Source: Octopus sinensis
Taxonomy: Eukaryota
DNA length: 64,000 nucleotides
Reading direction: 5' to 3'
Assembly: GCF_006345805.1 (NCBI RefSeq)
Contig: NC_042998.1
Coordinates: 57,846,001 to 57,910,000 of the forward strand
Positions 39,207 through 53,959 of the stretch are shown here, in pieces; the stretch's first letter is position 1, and each line of letters opens with the position of its first letter. The position numbers and the translations under genes were made by a program. The notes under the pieces are model-generated. The model was not told the DNA's origin and searched no databases. It saw only the letters and a list, made by a program, of their open reading frames with translations.

Positions 39207-39370
39207 CTGAGTGGGGACATTAGCTCCCTTGTTCAAGGTACACGGACGCAGTTCTGCGTTGATAGGTAGCTGGAAAAGATGTTTGCCTGCGGCTAAAAAA
39301 GGTAGTGACACCATCCTAATTAGGACTGCCACTTTACGTTGACAAATAGACTTTATTCTCTCTCTCTCTT

Positions 39371-39442
<72 letters not shown>

Positions 39443-40465
39443 GTATATATATATATATATATATATATACAGAGAGAGAGAGAGAGAGACAGGGAGAGAG
39501 AGAGAGAGAGCGACAGAGAGAAGGAAAAGGGAGAGAGAGGGAGAGATTCTTTTATAACAGCGACTTTCATATTCATCTCACCCATTATTTGGACATTAAC
39601 TTGTGTAAATGCAAGCAATATATATTATATCAGGCATTGAAAAGCCAGATCTAAATCACCTCGTTCATCGAGATAGAAAAGTGATATTTTCGACTAACAT
39701 GTACAAACTTCAAAATCATTAATCACACGCGTGTCATACCCACCCAGGTGTATGGGAATTATGTTAAAAAATAAATGAGATTCCAATAACGAAGAGATTA
39801 CCGGAATTAGATTGCTTTACGGGTGGACTGCTTCAGATTTGAGACAAACAACAACAGCCAACTGAGGATTTTATGTGCAATATTTCCTATTCAAATGTGC
39901 TTGCAGATGAGAAGACCTGAGGGCCTGTGTATTGGCCATGAACATATAGCAAGCCAGTAAAAATGGAAACAAAACAAAAAAAAAAAAACAACTTGTTGAA
40001 TGCGCGTGATTTGTAGAATCACGCACATTCGTCGTTGTTTTGTTTGTATAACTGCGAGATTATTTTTCTGGAAATTTTCAATTTGTCAACTGACTAGGGT
40101 GACTAAATTCATTCCAACTGCAAAACAGGCAACGACAACATAACCACTACCACCACCAGTATCAACTAAAAAGGAAATAAAGATATTGATTTTTTAAAAG
40201 AAATGTATCTTGATTCTGTTTTACGATGTCGTATAAAAAGCGTTTCTGTTATTCTAGGGAGGATAACAAAAATTACATTCGTAATTATGGTTATCTGACA
40301 TCTCTTACCTAAAACCAGTGAAGGCACGCTAATGAGAATCTTTGCATAATTACATACGCACGCGCACAGAAACAGAGAGAGAGAGAGAGGGAGAGAGAGT
40401 GAGAGAAATCCACGCGCGCGCAAACAAACATACACGTGTTGTAACCATTCGTATATGTGTGTATG

Positions 40466-40592
<127 letters not shown>

Positions 40593-41328
40593 GCAAACAC
40601 ACATATACACACATGTATATATGGATAAATATATGTACACACATATACATGTAGTTATGACTATGTGTGTGTGTGTGTGTGTTTACTTGTACGGATATTT
40701 TTACATGCGTATATATAGCTAGACTTACATATGTATGTGTTAATGCACAATCATGCAAATGCTACTAAATGCACATTTTATATTCAGTCTTTTCATATTT
40801 CATATCTGCTGTTTCTTGAATTGCTAAAATATATTTTCCTATATAGCAGGCAATTATGCTAATCATGCTACCGACAGAAACTTCTTCTAGCATCTTCTTA
40901 ATACGTACAACTCAACGAACAACATTACGTTAACGTTTTTCCTATTTCCATTTCATTACTGCTGTATTCAGAAAACGAGATAATTTTCCGACAAGTTGAA
41001 GCTACTTTAAATCGGAATACACTACTTTTCTATACAAACTCCTTGTGAAGTATCATCGTTGTAAATCTCGATATTTCTAATGAATTCCACCGTTTTCGAA
41101 GGGGAACAATACAAGTGGAGACTAACAGCCACTCCTTCACAATCAAGAGTATCTATCTACTTACTGTGTTCGCTAAAAACATTTCAGCGTGAATATTGTG
41201 AACCGTTTTTGTCTGGCATTCTTTTATAAGTTTCTTGATAGGGGAAGTAAAATTGCTTTAAAATACTTCTCTTGTGATTAATGTTAAAGTATCCTTTGTA
41301 ATATAGTATTAAAGCACATCAAATAGAC

Positions 41329-41490
41329 GCAGACATGGCCATATGGTTGAGAAGCTCGCTTAGCATCATCGTGATTGAGTGTTAAGTCCACTGCGCGGTA
41401 TCTTAGACGTGTGCCTTCTACTATAATCCCCGAGCCGACCAATGCCCTGTGGGTAAATTCCATAGACGGAAACTGCGTGGAATCTCGTCA
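41329..41490 (+). mobile_element. SINE family A, diverged 5' part
   Basis: CCACTGCGCGG...CTTCTACTATAA.CCCCGAGCCGACC...AGACGGAAACTG. Confidence 0.7.
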
Positions 41491-41623
41491 TAAAAAGTAA
41501 TGAAAACATATCGCACGAACAATACCAATATGTGTCAATATTGTTGTGAATATGTTTCTTCTTCGCATATAAGCATATTGGAATTAGATTAACATTCCCG
41601 TTCTTTACTAAGTTTGAAGTATC

Positions 41624-41664
<41 letters not shown>

Positions 41665-41899
41665 AGAGAGAGGGAGAGAGAGAGAGAGAGAGAGAGTTCA
41701 AATAAGAATCGAAAGCGAATCAAGAAGTCGATTCATCTAGTAGCTGCTATTAGTTGCAAAGGATGACCATCAAGTCATAGACATTCTTTTGGGACCCTTT
41801 GAAATTGCAAACATTTCTCTTCACTTCGACAGTGTAACGGCACATATTTCTTATCGAATAGTGCATCGAAGTGAGTTTATTTTCGTCATTTAATGTGAT

Positions 41900-42335
41900 A
41901 GGCATACGTACAGATGTATGCTTAAAAACTCGCTTTATACTCACATGGTTTGAGGTTCTTCCCACTGCGTAGCACCTTGGGTACATGTCTTCTACTATAA
42001 TGCCTGGTCGATCAATACTTTATAAGTGAATTTGGCAGACGGTAACAACGAGGAAGTCCGTCATATATATATATATATACACACATACATACTCACGCTT
42101 ACATATGTAAATGTTTGTGCGTATCTTTGTGTGTGTTGTGTTTTGTCCCAGGCCGTCCATTAGCAATCGATGTTGGCTTGTGTTCGTTTCCGTAAATTAG
42201 TGGTTCGGTTACAGAAACAAACAAGCAAAATAACTGACTTAATAGTTAAACTAAGAACGGGGATCTATGCGTCTGACTGTACCCTTGAATGCAGCACCAC
42301 AATAGGGCCGAAGTTCGACGACTAGAACAAATAAG
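41900..42335 (+). mobile_element. SINE family A, diverged near full length
   Basis: Head, internal microsatellite and body in the expected order. Confidence 0.7.
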
Positions 42336-44996
42336 TAATAAACGATAAAGATCCTTTAGCTTCGCTTCATAACCTTAAACTGACGACAGAATATTCACAA
42401 CAAAGTATCCCTTCCTCTGCTTAAAATAGAGTTAGTTTCTTCCCCATGGAATCTGTTTATAGCCAGGTGAACTGTAGAAACGATATCATGGATGGCATTC
42501 CGAAATATTAACTTTTCGGTGGCCGGAGAATCTTTCTGTACGTTATCGATATTAATGATGCAGAGTATATGAATTGTTATTTTTGGATTCTCCCTTTCAA
42601 TCGTTTTTAAGGAAGTGCTAAGTGCTATTTATATACATTCACTGCAATATATATAGATAAGAAACAGCTAACAGAAAAATCATTAAAGCGTCATAAATCC
42701 TTCAAGTTTTCTGTGGTGCCTCCTGGCATTTCCTTTTTCTTCAAACAAACTAATCATTCAAAAATGATTAATTAATTTTCTAATAAAAACTCTCTCAACT
42801 TTTTAATCAATGTTTGAAAAGATACAATGCTGAACGTGGAGTGAGTGAATCGTCGGAAAGAAAGAAAAAAAGTTAATGACATCTGATTTAAACTGATATG
42901 TTCAACAATAAATTTAATAAAACAGAGTACTGTTGTGGTGTCAGCTAATCATCAATGAATCATTCATCAATATCCTATTAATAATAAAAGCATAAAGAAA
43001 GAATTAAAATTGTAGTAAAGCCATTTCACTTCAGCCTCCCCCCAACCCGTAATGAGCATGTGGGAGGCATTTAGACATCCAGCCGCAACACTCGAACACC
43101 TATGGATTGGTGACATACACCATGCTTTCGCTGATTATTTTTGGAACCTATGTAGTCCCAAGTAGTCATAGGCGCCCTTCCTACTCTCTCAGTCTTCAAC
43201 TCAGCGATACATGTATGTTATGACAGCTGGAACGATAGGCGTCTCCAGCAATTGGTTAGCAGTATCCTTTTCTTACTGAATATACTGGAAAAACGTGACA
43301 CAATGTACCTTGCTTAAAAACAGCTCGCCGACCGGTCCAGAACCACCAGGGCATGCGCCTACACAAGAGGCATTTACCTTCCGAAATTGTATAAAATCTC
43401 TGCAACAAATCAAAATTAACTGCTTTAATAGGTATTACTGATTAAATGAGACAGATATGCAACTTCTTTTCCTTGCTGAAATCATTACTATACTACAAAA
43501 TAATCTATTTTGGGAGTGAGGCGATGAGGAAATCTCGTTTCAGCATCCAATTGTAATTTTTCTAGTGACTATTCGACACTCAAGTATTTCAATAAAATAA
43601 ACTAAATCACATATTTCAGTCATCTAACTTCCTGCCTATTCTGCTTATTTCATTTTGGTGTTCTTGCATCTGAGTTCGATATAAAACGAGTACAAGCGAA
43701 ATTTGGATGTCGATTCATTTTGTTCATTACCATACACAACTTGAAATTTTCTCTACCAAAACCAAATTATTTCGTGTGTATGTTTATATATATATATATA
43801 TGCGCGTGTGTGTGTGTTCGTGCGCGCGCGCGTGTGAATGTGTATGTATGCATGTATATATGTATTTATGATTGTACTTTGAAACAGTTTTTTTTACTAA
43901 ATGTTGTGACCCACGTGTAAGATACTTTACTTCAGGTTTCTGGAATAGCTAACCGATGACAAATTAATATATATATATTTGCCCGTAATTTAGAATATTG
44001 TTTACCGAATCATCATAATTCCAGTTACGGAGGAATGGCACGCCGGAATAATTATAATCTTAAGATTTCTGTATTAATTATGTTTGACCGCTTATATATT
44101 CACCATACGTGACATTTCATTATTAAAAGTTCATTTTTTTCTGCTCATGACCGACGCCAATAGAGCTTGTGCAGTGAAGCAAGTACTTTAACAGACAAAA
44201 GATCTGAAATTGTCTGTTCCTAAGATTTTATAAATGCCGTTGCATCGCCATATATATGGCATTGAACTTCTATCGTTGATCAGGATAAAAGGTTATAGAG
44301 CTCAATCTTAGAATGTATATACAAACGTGAGCTCGTAACGAGGCAATGCATACTTTAAAAACTACTTATTTTGATATATTAACAATCACTAGCCAATTAT
44401 AACATTAGTGAGTTTGATGGCAGATAGTTATATTACAAATTCAAGCAACGATTTATAAAAACAGAGTTTGACATGAATAAATTCTTAGATTTATGAACTC
44501 AATGTCATAAGCGTACTTGCAGCAATGTCTATAATCTTATAGAAACGAGATGTTGATAGATTTAGTCCATAATGTGACTCGACTTGTTTTCCAACGATGT
44601 TTTTGTTTTTAGTTCGAAAGAAATATGGTGATTTCCGATGATAACTAAGAAGTTAAGCTGCAGAACAAATTCCATTAATTCATAAGAGAAAATGCAATCA
44701 TGTTGTTTTCTACCATTGCAAAAATTACTGATGTCAAATATTTATGATAATCCTCCAGTAATTAATTTTTAACAGTCATCTTACTGAAACGCTAAACGTA
44801 AAAAAAAATGCCTCACTAACGAACAGCAGCATAAAACAAGGTATGGCTAGTGACTGAAAGAAATTAGATGCGAATTTACGGAAGAAAAACTTTTACAACA
44901 GACTGAATTAAAAATTAGCCAGTGACCCAAGCATTTCACACAGAAATATGAAATAACAAATACGCCTGAAGGAAGATAGTTCAGTGTAGTGGTCTA

Positions 44997-45037
<41 letters not shown>

Positions 45038-45832
45038 GCCGTTCATGTTTTCTTAAAGATTGGATTGGAAAAACTTTGATTAATTGAATTCATTCATGAA
45101 ATGTGTTGAAAAATTACCCGGTTTTGTTTAAAATTTAAAAACAAAACGACGGGCAGGTAAAACTTCTCTCATAAAACAAGTGAACATTTGGAGAATATAG
45201 AAACTGAGGTTCAGAATAGGTTTGGTCTTTAAAGTTAGCTGGGGTAATCAATGAATATACTTCGATCTTATTAGACCTTCTCAGCGAAGCATAGCTTTTA
45301 GCATTCAACAGAAACTCACCAGTTTCTCCCCACTACACACACACACATAGACTTTCAACTCTATTACAATAATGGCGCTTACTAACCATATGATATCTCA
45401 AAATAAATTTCATTTTGCTCTATTTTATATCCTACTGCGGGTGCGATTTTATTTAATTGCTTGAGTTGCTAGAAGTAGCAACCAAATATCTCTGAAAGCA
45501 TACTCTCTTGTCTTAAAAAGGAACCCATTGGTTAAAATAGTCTGAATTAACTATTCCTGAAAATTAAAAAAAAAAGGTTTACAGAAGGGTCATATCTTGA
45601 TTTTTTTTACCATAGTTGTATTCCATTAGGGGCCAATTTGGGGTCTAAACAAAAAGCAACCCTCTTCTCTAAGTGCATATAATCGCAATTCAGCGATACA
45701 GTCAATGACCCGTGCACTTACATGATTATCACACGCTTCTTTCACTTTATACATCAGTCTTTCCACTCATCCACATGTTCATCCATCCATCCATGCATGT
45801 TTGCATGCATGCATACATACATGCATACATAC

Positions 45833-46314
45833 ATTACTTGGAAAAATACGAACATGAAAAATAATGTTCTTAAGATTATAAATCTGTAAAAGTATAGGAT
45901 AAGCTATTACTTCTAGTAAATTAAAGAATAAGAAAATTTTTACTTAAAATGTTGCAGCAAAGAATGCCAGTTCTTCTAATTTATCACTCTTTATAGTTCT
46001 CATCTTTTTCATTTATTGTACAAAACTGTTCAGCTAATTTGTAAGTTTGTCTAATTAGTCACTTTTTTCTGTATTTAAAGTAGTAAATTAGCCAAATTCT
46101 ACTTAAATAAGTAGAGTGTTATCTGTAAACTATAATAAAATAAGTTTTAATATTAAAATTTTAATTTTAGCTGCAATATTTTAAGTAAAAAGTTTCTTAT
46201 TCTTTACTTTACTAGAACAAGGACAATAGCTGGAAAAAGGACGATAGCTTGTCCTTTTCCCAAGTTTATAATCTTAAGAATATTACTTTTCATGTTCGCA
46301 TTTTTTAGTGTAAT
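45833..46314. mobile_element. MITE-like non-autonomous DNA element with ~125-145-bp terminal inverted repeats
   Basis: 45833-45958 pairs with 46170-46314 (CGAACATGAAAA.TAAT.TTCTTAAGATTATAA...AAGAATAAGAAA.TTTTTACTTAAAAT.TTGCAGC). The right end reads CACTAAAAAAT on the minus strand. Confidence 0.8.
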
Positions 46315-47299
46315 CCATGATTTTTCCAGGCATTGCTGTTATAAGATAATCAATAATGAGTCAATTAATAATTTAAGATGTTTGCCTTATAAAATACTGA
46401 AAGATAATATTTCAATTTTTCTATGTAAGTGATGATAATATTTCAATTTTTTTCATATTAAATTTAAATATATGTTTTGATTAAATTATTTGATATTAAC
46501 CATCCACACTAAATTAATGACAGAGATTTTTACCATGTTGTTGGTTGCACCATGGCTCACCAAAAGTTACAAACAACAAGATCCCAAAACCATCAGTTAC
46601 CAGGCTCAACTTAACTAACCTAATTTTGCAATATAAGGAGGTCACAGGAATTCATTCAACGAAAAAAATTCCAATGATTCCGAGATTGGTGGGGGGAAAT
46701 CCCACCTCATTTTTTCCGAAGCAAAATAAGGGATTTGCAGCATATTAGAACGTTAGGGTACTTGATTCCACGCAAAAAATCTAATTTTTTTTCTTAGTGA
46801 AAATTGTGCGGGTGTTAATATAGAAATTTACTATAATGTTATTACTTAGCCTCAAATCAACCCTGATACGGCAAACCTATCATCAAAGACATTACAGCTT
46901 TCAGCAAACCGTCAGTTTAGGGATAATCTAGGACATTACATACAATGAGCGTGTGATTTAGGCAGGAGGATACATTGGCTGCTATTTTTAGCGTGCCGAG
47001 CGACGAGGTAGAGGCTCTTTCATCGGTTAGATTGCATGATGACATTTTTTACACATATATGTGATATGTATATATATCATCGGCAGAAGTTAGAGAGTAA
47101 GTCAAAAGCTCAGAGTTTCTGTATTGGCACTTATCAAACACGAATTTGACCATTGTCACTCTGTAACTTCTGACAAAATAACTTCTAAAATACAAAATTT
47201 TTCAAAAACGTTAAGAGTAAACCCTGTTTCATGTGACACATTCTACCAGTATCGGAAGTTTGAAAGTGTTTAGTGAAAAAAAAAAAATTAAAAAAAATC

Positions 47300-47410
47300 T
47301 GTACTTCAAAGTCGACCTCAGCCAAATTTGAACTCAAAACTCAAAAACAGACAAAACACCGCTAAGAATTTCACCCGGCGTGCTAACGGGTTTGCCAGCT
47401 CGCCACCATA
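47300..47410 (-). mobile_element. SINE family B head fragment
   Basis: GTCGACCTCAGCCAAATTTGAACTCA...CCCGGCGTGCTAACG..TTTGCCAGCTCGCC. Confidence 0.8.
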
Positions 47411-48319
47411 AAGCATAGATATTCATTTTAGAAATATATTCTTTATTCTTATTGCTTAAGCGCTACACCCTTACTTCCTTACTTACTGACATAAAATTTC
47501 GTAATATTTTGCTTCATAACTATTTTTTTACTAACTTTTGTTCAATGCAGCTAACGATTCTGAATTGCTCATGCATTTTTCTATCATCTAAGCCCAAGAA
47601 AAGTATGCTTTTGATTTAAAATTTAAAAAATAGTGTTAATTGAAGGTGAATATCAGTCTTACTGTCTTCTTTGAGGTCACAGATAATTTAATGAAAGTTT
47701 TTATTTTCTACTGAAACAAATCTCAAACTATTCATGCCAATGTGTAGCTGAGAATGAATCCCCTTTAAAACTATTAGCAGTTTGCGATTTAGGTGAGAAT
47801 TGAATTAGTGGCTTAGCTTGGAAGCTGCCGCGATTGACGAAATTGTGGACTTAAGAATATATTCTACCACTACCGTGGTTGAATGATACATACATACATA
47901 CATAAATACATACGTACGTACGTACATGCATACATACAATCATGAAGTCAACCAAGACGGCAACATAGAAGCGGATCTATTAACATATTAAGATATCATA
48001 AGAGACATCTTATAGACCATTAGACTTCAAAGATTGGCATAATTTGGTTAATGAAATAACAATCGATTAATTTTCTTTCTAATTTCGATGACCAATTTAT
48101 GTTTCAAATCGAGATCGACCGACCGTGGCTTTGTATTCTTAGGCTATTACAATAGATAATACTGCTTCTTGTAATTTAGAGATTGACAACTAATGTAACA
48201 TATTTAATAAGTTCTATACTCTTTCGTGGCGGGTTTGTAGTTAGAATTTTATAACAATCTCTTGATTTGAAGATTATACAGTTGGCAAACTATTTTCATT
48301 TCAATATTCTCTTTTAATG

Positions 48320-48550
48320 TGATGGCGCGTGACCTAGTGGTTAGCCCGTTGCACTCATACTCGCAAGATCGTGGTTGTGATTTCAAGACAGGGCGGTGTG
48401 TTGTGTTTCTAGGCAAAACATTTTATTTCACGTTGCTCCAGTTCATCCAGCTGTAAATGGATAAATTTGTGATGAACTGGTGTCCCATTTAATGAAAATG
48501 TTGTATTCTCGGTCATTTATACGCCACTGAAACCGGATGACTGGCTCTTT
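48320..48550 (+). mobile_element. SINE family C, diverged
   Basis: GGCGCGTGACCTAGTGGTTAG...GTTGCTCCAGTTCATCCAGCTGTAAATGG...GAAACCGG. Confidence 0.7.
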
Positions 48551-49596
48551 GATTCTTAAGATTCTAGACTCCACTTACTTTACTGTTTTTAATGCAGCTG
48601 TAAAAACTACTCGATGACTGTCATGAGGATTTATTTTAAGAGTGACATATGGCAAACTTATATCTAGTGATTTTTGTTAACAAGAGAAAGAAGGAGAGAG
48701 AGAGCGCGCGCATGAGCAAATAGTAAATGTGCTTCATATTTGCAGACAAAAGCCAAAAATTATTGCCGTAGTTTGCAATACGAGCGTGTCACATACATGC
48801 ATGTCTAAGAGGTATTATCAGAGTAAAAAGTAAAATGGTAATTACTTTAAATATGGAATCGAATTAGAATCGAATACCCATGACTTTTACTTTCTGTTTT
48901 CCTTCGCACGCAAGATTTAATAAATATTACACATAATTCGTCTCGAACCTGAATATCCGAAGGTTGATTTTAGTGCAATTTGAAACTTAAGAAGAAACAG
49001 AAAGAAAGGAAAGAGAAAATAAATGAATTATTGTGTTGATCCCACTGTTCTACTGTGGCAATTACGTCCACCCACTTTAATATGATATTGATAAATAGCA
49101 TCAAAGATGATGGGACGCTGTAATGGCATGATGCTATGAATATGTTTCATTGTGATTATGTGAAGACGATGAACATCATATACAGAAATGCATTCATATC
49201 AAAAGAAACCGGTTGAATATCTATAATACAATTATATTTAAAAAATGGGATTTATTTCATATTTTTTTAACAGAATTATGCTTTAACTTTCCATTATATT
49301 AAATTCTGTCAGCATAAGTTTTGTTTCAACTAAAGCCACTAGCTGACTAATACTTAATTTAGCGTGCCTGGAGACATACGCGGAACCGAAGTATACCAAA
49401 TTTGGACATGAATATTAAAGAATATAAATAAATCCTGAGATAGATTAATTTCAAATGTTGTCAACAGGCCAGCAATTTTGGGGGATGAGGTAAGTTGGTT
49501 ACATCGACCCCATTGCTCAACTGGTTCTTATTTTATGAAAAGCAAAGCCGACCTCGAAAATATTTGAACTTAAAATGTAAAGACAGATGAAATACC

Positions 49597-49800
49597 TATT
49601 TCTTTACTACCCACAAGGGGCTAGACACAGAGAGGTCAAACAAGGACAGACAAACGGATTAAGTCGAATACATCAACCCCAGTGCGTAACTGGATGAAAA
49701 GCAAAGTCGACCTCGGCGAAATTTGAACTCAGAACGTAGCGACAGTCGAAATATTGGTAAGCATTTCGCCCGGAGTGCTAACGTTTCTGCCAGCTCGCCA
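49597..49800 (-). mobile_element. SINE family B
   Basis: TATTTCTTTACTACCCACAAGGGG...TTCTGCCAGCTCGCC, reverse complement of 50265-50470. Confidence 0.88.
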
Positions 49801-50264
49801 CTTTGCTCAGCGTTCTAACGATCCAGCGAGCTCGCTACTTCAATTCCGAGAAATACTAATTTCACAATACAACGTTTCTGCCACTATATTAAATTTTGGT
49901 TATATTTTAGTGAGTTCTAATTTTGGCTCGAAGTCAAACATTTTGGGGCAAAGGTAGTTCACTCTAGACCTAATATAGGTTAAATACCTATATTTCCTTG
50001 ACTTTAAAAGGATGACCGGAATATAGATTTGAACGAAATTTGAGTAGAGAATCGAAAAGTATCTATCAGAAACTGTATGTATGGTATCTTTTTATTTCTG
50101 TCAGTCAATCATCAGTCTCTTATATGTTAATTTTTATATTTATTGGTAAAACTATTAAGATGTGTAGGAAAAGGGGCATGGGATGCTGTAACGCGCCTTT
50201 ATTTCTAAGGAATCTTTGATGATGTAAGTGCGGTGAATTTGCTGCAACTAGGAATTAAATCGAT

Positions 50265-50470
50265 CGACGGGCGAAATGCTTAGCGGTTTTTCGTCTGCCG
50301 CTACTTTCTGAGTTCAAATTCGGCCGAGGTCGACTTTGCCTTTCATCTTTTCGGGGTCGATAAATTAAATACCAGTTACGCACTGGGGTCGATATAATCG
50401 ACTTAATCCGTTTGTCTGTCCTTGTCTGTCCCCTCTGTGTGTAGCCCCTTGTGGGCAGTAAAGAAATAAG
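50265..50470 (+). mobile_element. SINE family B (well preserved, missing extreme 5' end)
   Basis: GGGCGAAATGCTTAGCGG...GAGTTCAAATTCGGCCGAGGTCGAC...GCCCCTTGTGGGCAGTAAAGAAATA. Confidence 0.88.
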
Positions 50471-52025
50471 AATTCAATCACAGTAAGAGGTACTTGTTGA
50501 GACAAATAACTAATAAGGGAGGCAGGTTTTAGAGAGTCATAACAAGATTTGAATCTTTTAAAAAAGTCATAAAACAATACTGCTATAAATAGAAGTCGGC
50601 AGTAGTACATCTGGTTATTCGGTACTCTATCAATTCGGTCATCAGAAATGTTCAACGTTGTTTACTTTGGCTTAACGCAAAGACATATTGTCCTTCATAG
50701 TTCTATTTTAAACCCTAATTTTGAAGTTATACAAACGTGTGAATATTGTTTAGATTATCTATGGTGGTAATGATCAATAAATTCCTTCACTGGCAGTATA
50801 CCTGTCATGTGAGTTATAGAATATCTGAATAGGTAGCTCACCCTCCATTTTTGTTATAGCATATCTGAATGAATGAAAAGTAAATAGAGAGACACTTTTT
50901 CAGTTGGAAGTATCTCACGTAAACAGTAAACATTATATACCGTTGAATTTGGATGTATGATTGCATTTCAAAGTAGTTTGTTAATAAATTTTAAATTGTG
51001 TTTCATGATGATATCTTATATTTTAAATATATATCAAGGGAAAATAATTATTTCATACATTTTCATTGCAATATCGAAGTAATCACGTCTTGCCGATATT
51101 ATAAACTCTCATCTTCGCTCTTGTCTTCTTTTCAATAATGTGACAGCTTTCAATAGTTGGCCGCTGAGATTTTACTGTGGAAATTATGCTACGATCGATT
51201 TTACTATACCCCCACTTTTCTTTCAGCAGCAGCACTCGCAGTTTTAAGACAATATGATTCCCTCTTTTATGTTCGGCAGTGGGTGTAGGCCTAAAACATT
51301 CTTTTGTTAAAATACCAGAACAAAGAATCGAACAGCGCAAGCAGTAACGTTGTATAGACTAGTGTAGCATAATGAAAAATACAAATTCTAAATATTGTTG
51401 CTAACATACATGTAGTCCTAGTAGGTTTGCGTTCTTCGATGTTTCACTCGCTCATTTTCGAAAACTCTTTTATTCTCTTTAAGATGTTTTGCATTTTTTG
51501 AGATGTTTCAAACTCTGACCTCAGAATACCATAGAAATAATTTAATGGTTTTCTGTACAAGAGATAAACAACTGGTGGTTCTCTTATATTACTATGAATA
51601 AGATCGTTTCTTCTGAAGCTAAGAAATGAGCTTGATCACATTGTATATTTCTTTGCCTGTAATAGGCTTCTATAGCAATGTAAAAGGAGGATGATACAGG
51701 ATGTATGGCATTCCTACCTTTCAGGAACCTAGAAGTATGGATATCAATCAGTGCCGTTGTTGTTCGTCTTTAACACCAGGTGATCCATAGTCGATCAAAT
51801 CTATGGTCAAATTCATTTTAACCTACCCATCACGTCTTTCTCCTTTGTGCAGCGAACCCAAGCTCGTCTTATCAATCGTGCCTCTTACTATGATGTTAAG
51901 GTATGCAGTCTGAAGTGAATTTAGTTGATATTTCTAACACTTTGAGTGTCGACCTAAAAACTTGTTCATTGGCTAGCATCATGTTCGTAATTATTACTAT
52001 ATGCATACACACACACACACCAACA

Positions 52026-52065
<40 letters not shown>

Positions 52066-52597
52066 CATTTATGTATATACATTGCATGTATATTTGTGGT
52101 CTTTCATGATATTGGTGGATAGAAACACATAAACATATACCTCACTGAAAAGCACTTATCTCTCCTTTCAAATCTGGCAGGTATGTCAAAGTACGTGAGA
52201 AACATTTTGAAACAAAGGAATAAATAAATAAACAAATACGTCCTTCAACATATATGCCTTACAGCGTCAACCTACATTTCATTTCTAATTTATCAATAAG
52301 TGAAGCAAACATGAAAATGCCATAATCCACTTTTCATTAGAACTAAATGGATTAAAACTGTTCTCGTTAGCGTAATATAATTTTACTTTCTATAAACAAA
52401 ATTTTGAATGTTCTCCTTCAAGACGTTCGAAATAACTCAGAAGAATGATTTATTTATTAATTCTTGTATTTCTCAGTCATTCAGTCGTTGAAAATTTCAG
52501 TTCGTTTCACAATGAAACACAACAGAACAAACCAGGCCAAACAGAAGAGACGATGCTTCGTGTAGTATCTGTTGCAAATATTCTCTTTCTTTCGATA

Positions 52598-52641
<44 letters not shown>

Positions 52642-52657
52642 AATAATAATAATAATA

Positions 52658-52707
<50 letters not shown>

Positions 52708-53959
52708 TCAGCCTTATTTTTTTTTCTAAAATGCTATTTATATTTATGTTTCTTCGTTCTGTGTCTTCCACCAGGTTTGACGATCTCCTTTAAATGTACT
52801 GGAGACAATTTTAGCCTGAAATCGATATATTTCAGTTGCCTTTATTATCGATTCGAAAACATGCAATATTTGAAAGAAATATTTCAGTGACTATATTTAG
52901 TATCACATCTAATAACTTCCTAATGCATTTCAGTAATCTATTCATATTTCTTCAGTAGGACACTACTCCACTATGTCATCACATCATATATTTAAGCACA
53001 TTACCAACGAACAAAGACCGTTTCTTTTTAAATATAAAAAAATACAAATTATTATTTCTGTGATATTGATTAAGATGAGCTCAGTATGGAAGATTGCATT
53101 GTCAGGAAATTTTTTTCTCCTATTCACTATACCACATCGCAAACGATTAGGCATATTCATAGGACATTTATTACTGAATACAAAAGAATGTAATTTAATT
53201 AAATGAATAGGAAAAAATGTCTTGTAAGCGGTTGAGTTGATGGTGAGCCATAATATGGCTTAAGTATTGTATAGAAACTGTAGTGATGGTAACTCGTTGC
53301 CTTCTTCAGACTTGAACAGATCATTGCGATGCTTGATATACTGCTATTATACGCGCTTCCAATCGGTATATCAGTGAGATATACTAACTCATGGTACCGA
53401 TTTACAGCAAAATATTTGAGCATGAGACTGATGTCTCTGTAGATTTTCACATCAGTTTCAACAGACTCATGCACTGAAATTATAAACAAAATATGGAATG
53501 AAATGTTTGGCAAACGTTAGTTACTTAGTTGAGTATTAGATGTGAAGCAAAACCTCTAATTTGAACTTAAACCTTGTTGATCACTATCGATAGCCGTATG
53601 AATAAATGACGCAAAAATGCTTAACGTGGTATTAAAACACCTCAGAAGATTCTGCTTTCAATAATTAACAAGACGTCCTCTCAGTATGAAGTTTAGTTCA
53701 GATCGATATAGCAGCCAAATATACTTAAAAGGACATCGTACTGTCTTAAGAAAAACTATTCTTTCTCGTTCTCTCTACATGCATAGTTACATACCGGCAT
53801 GATTGATCGCTAGCCACTAAACCTTTTTTCATTTTCTCTCTCTCTTTCTCTCTCTGCTTATTTTTGCGTTACTTTCCATACCATAGCTCCAAATTGCTCT
53901 CCAGACCATCACAGAATAGCTGCCTTGTTTCATTGTCACTGCAATATTTTTTCATTAAA

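Noticed and set aside
43025-43380. Relatively GC-rich, exon-like unique stretch
   Set aside because: All frames checked stop within about 55 codons; no recognisable protein or splice pattern.
51083-51340. 85-aa minus-strand ORF
   Set aside because: No motif or family recognised.
52481-52570. Possible terminal exon encoding a hydrophobic segment (YYTKHRLFCLAWFVLLCFIVK)
   Set aside because: Weak acceptor, short, no homology; compatible with chance in AT-rich DNA.
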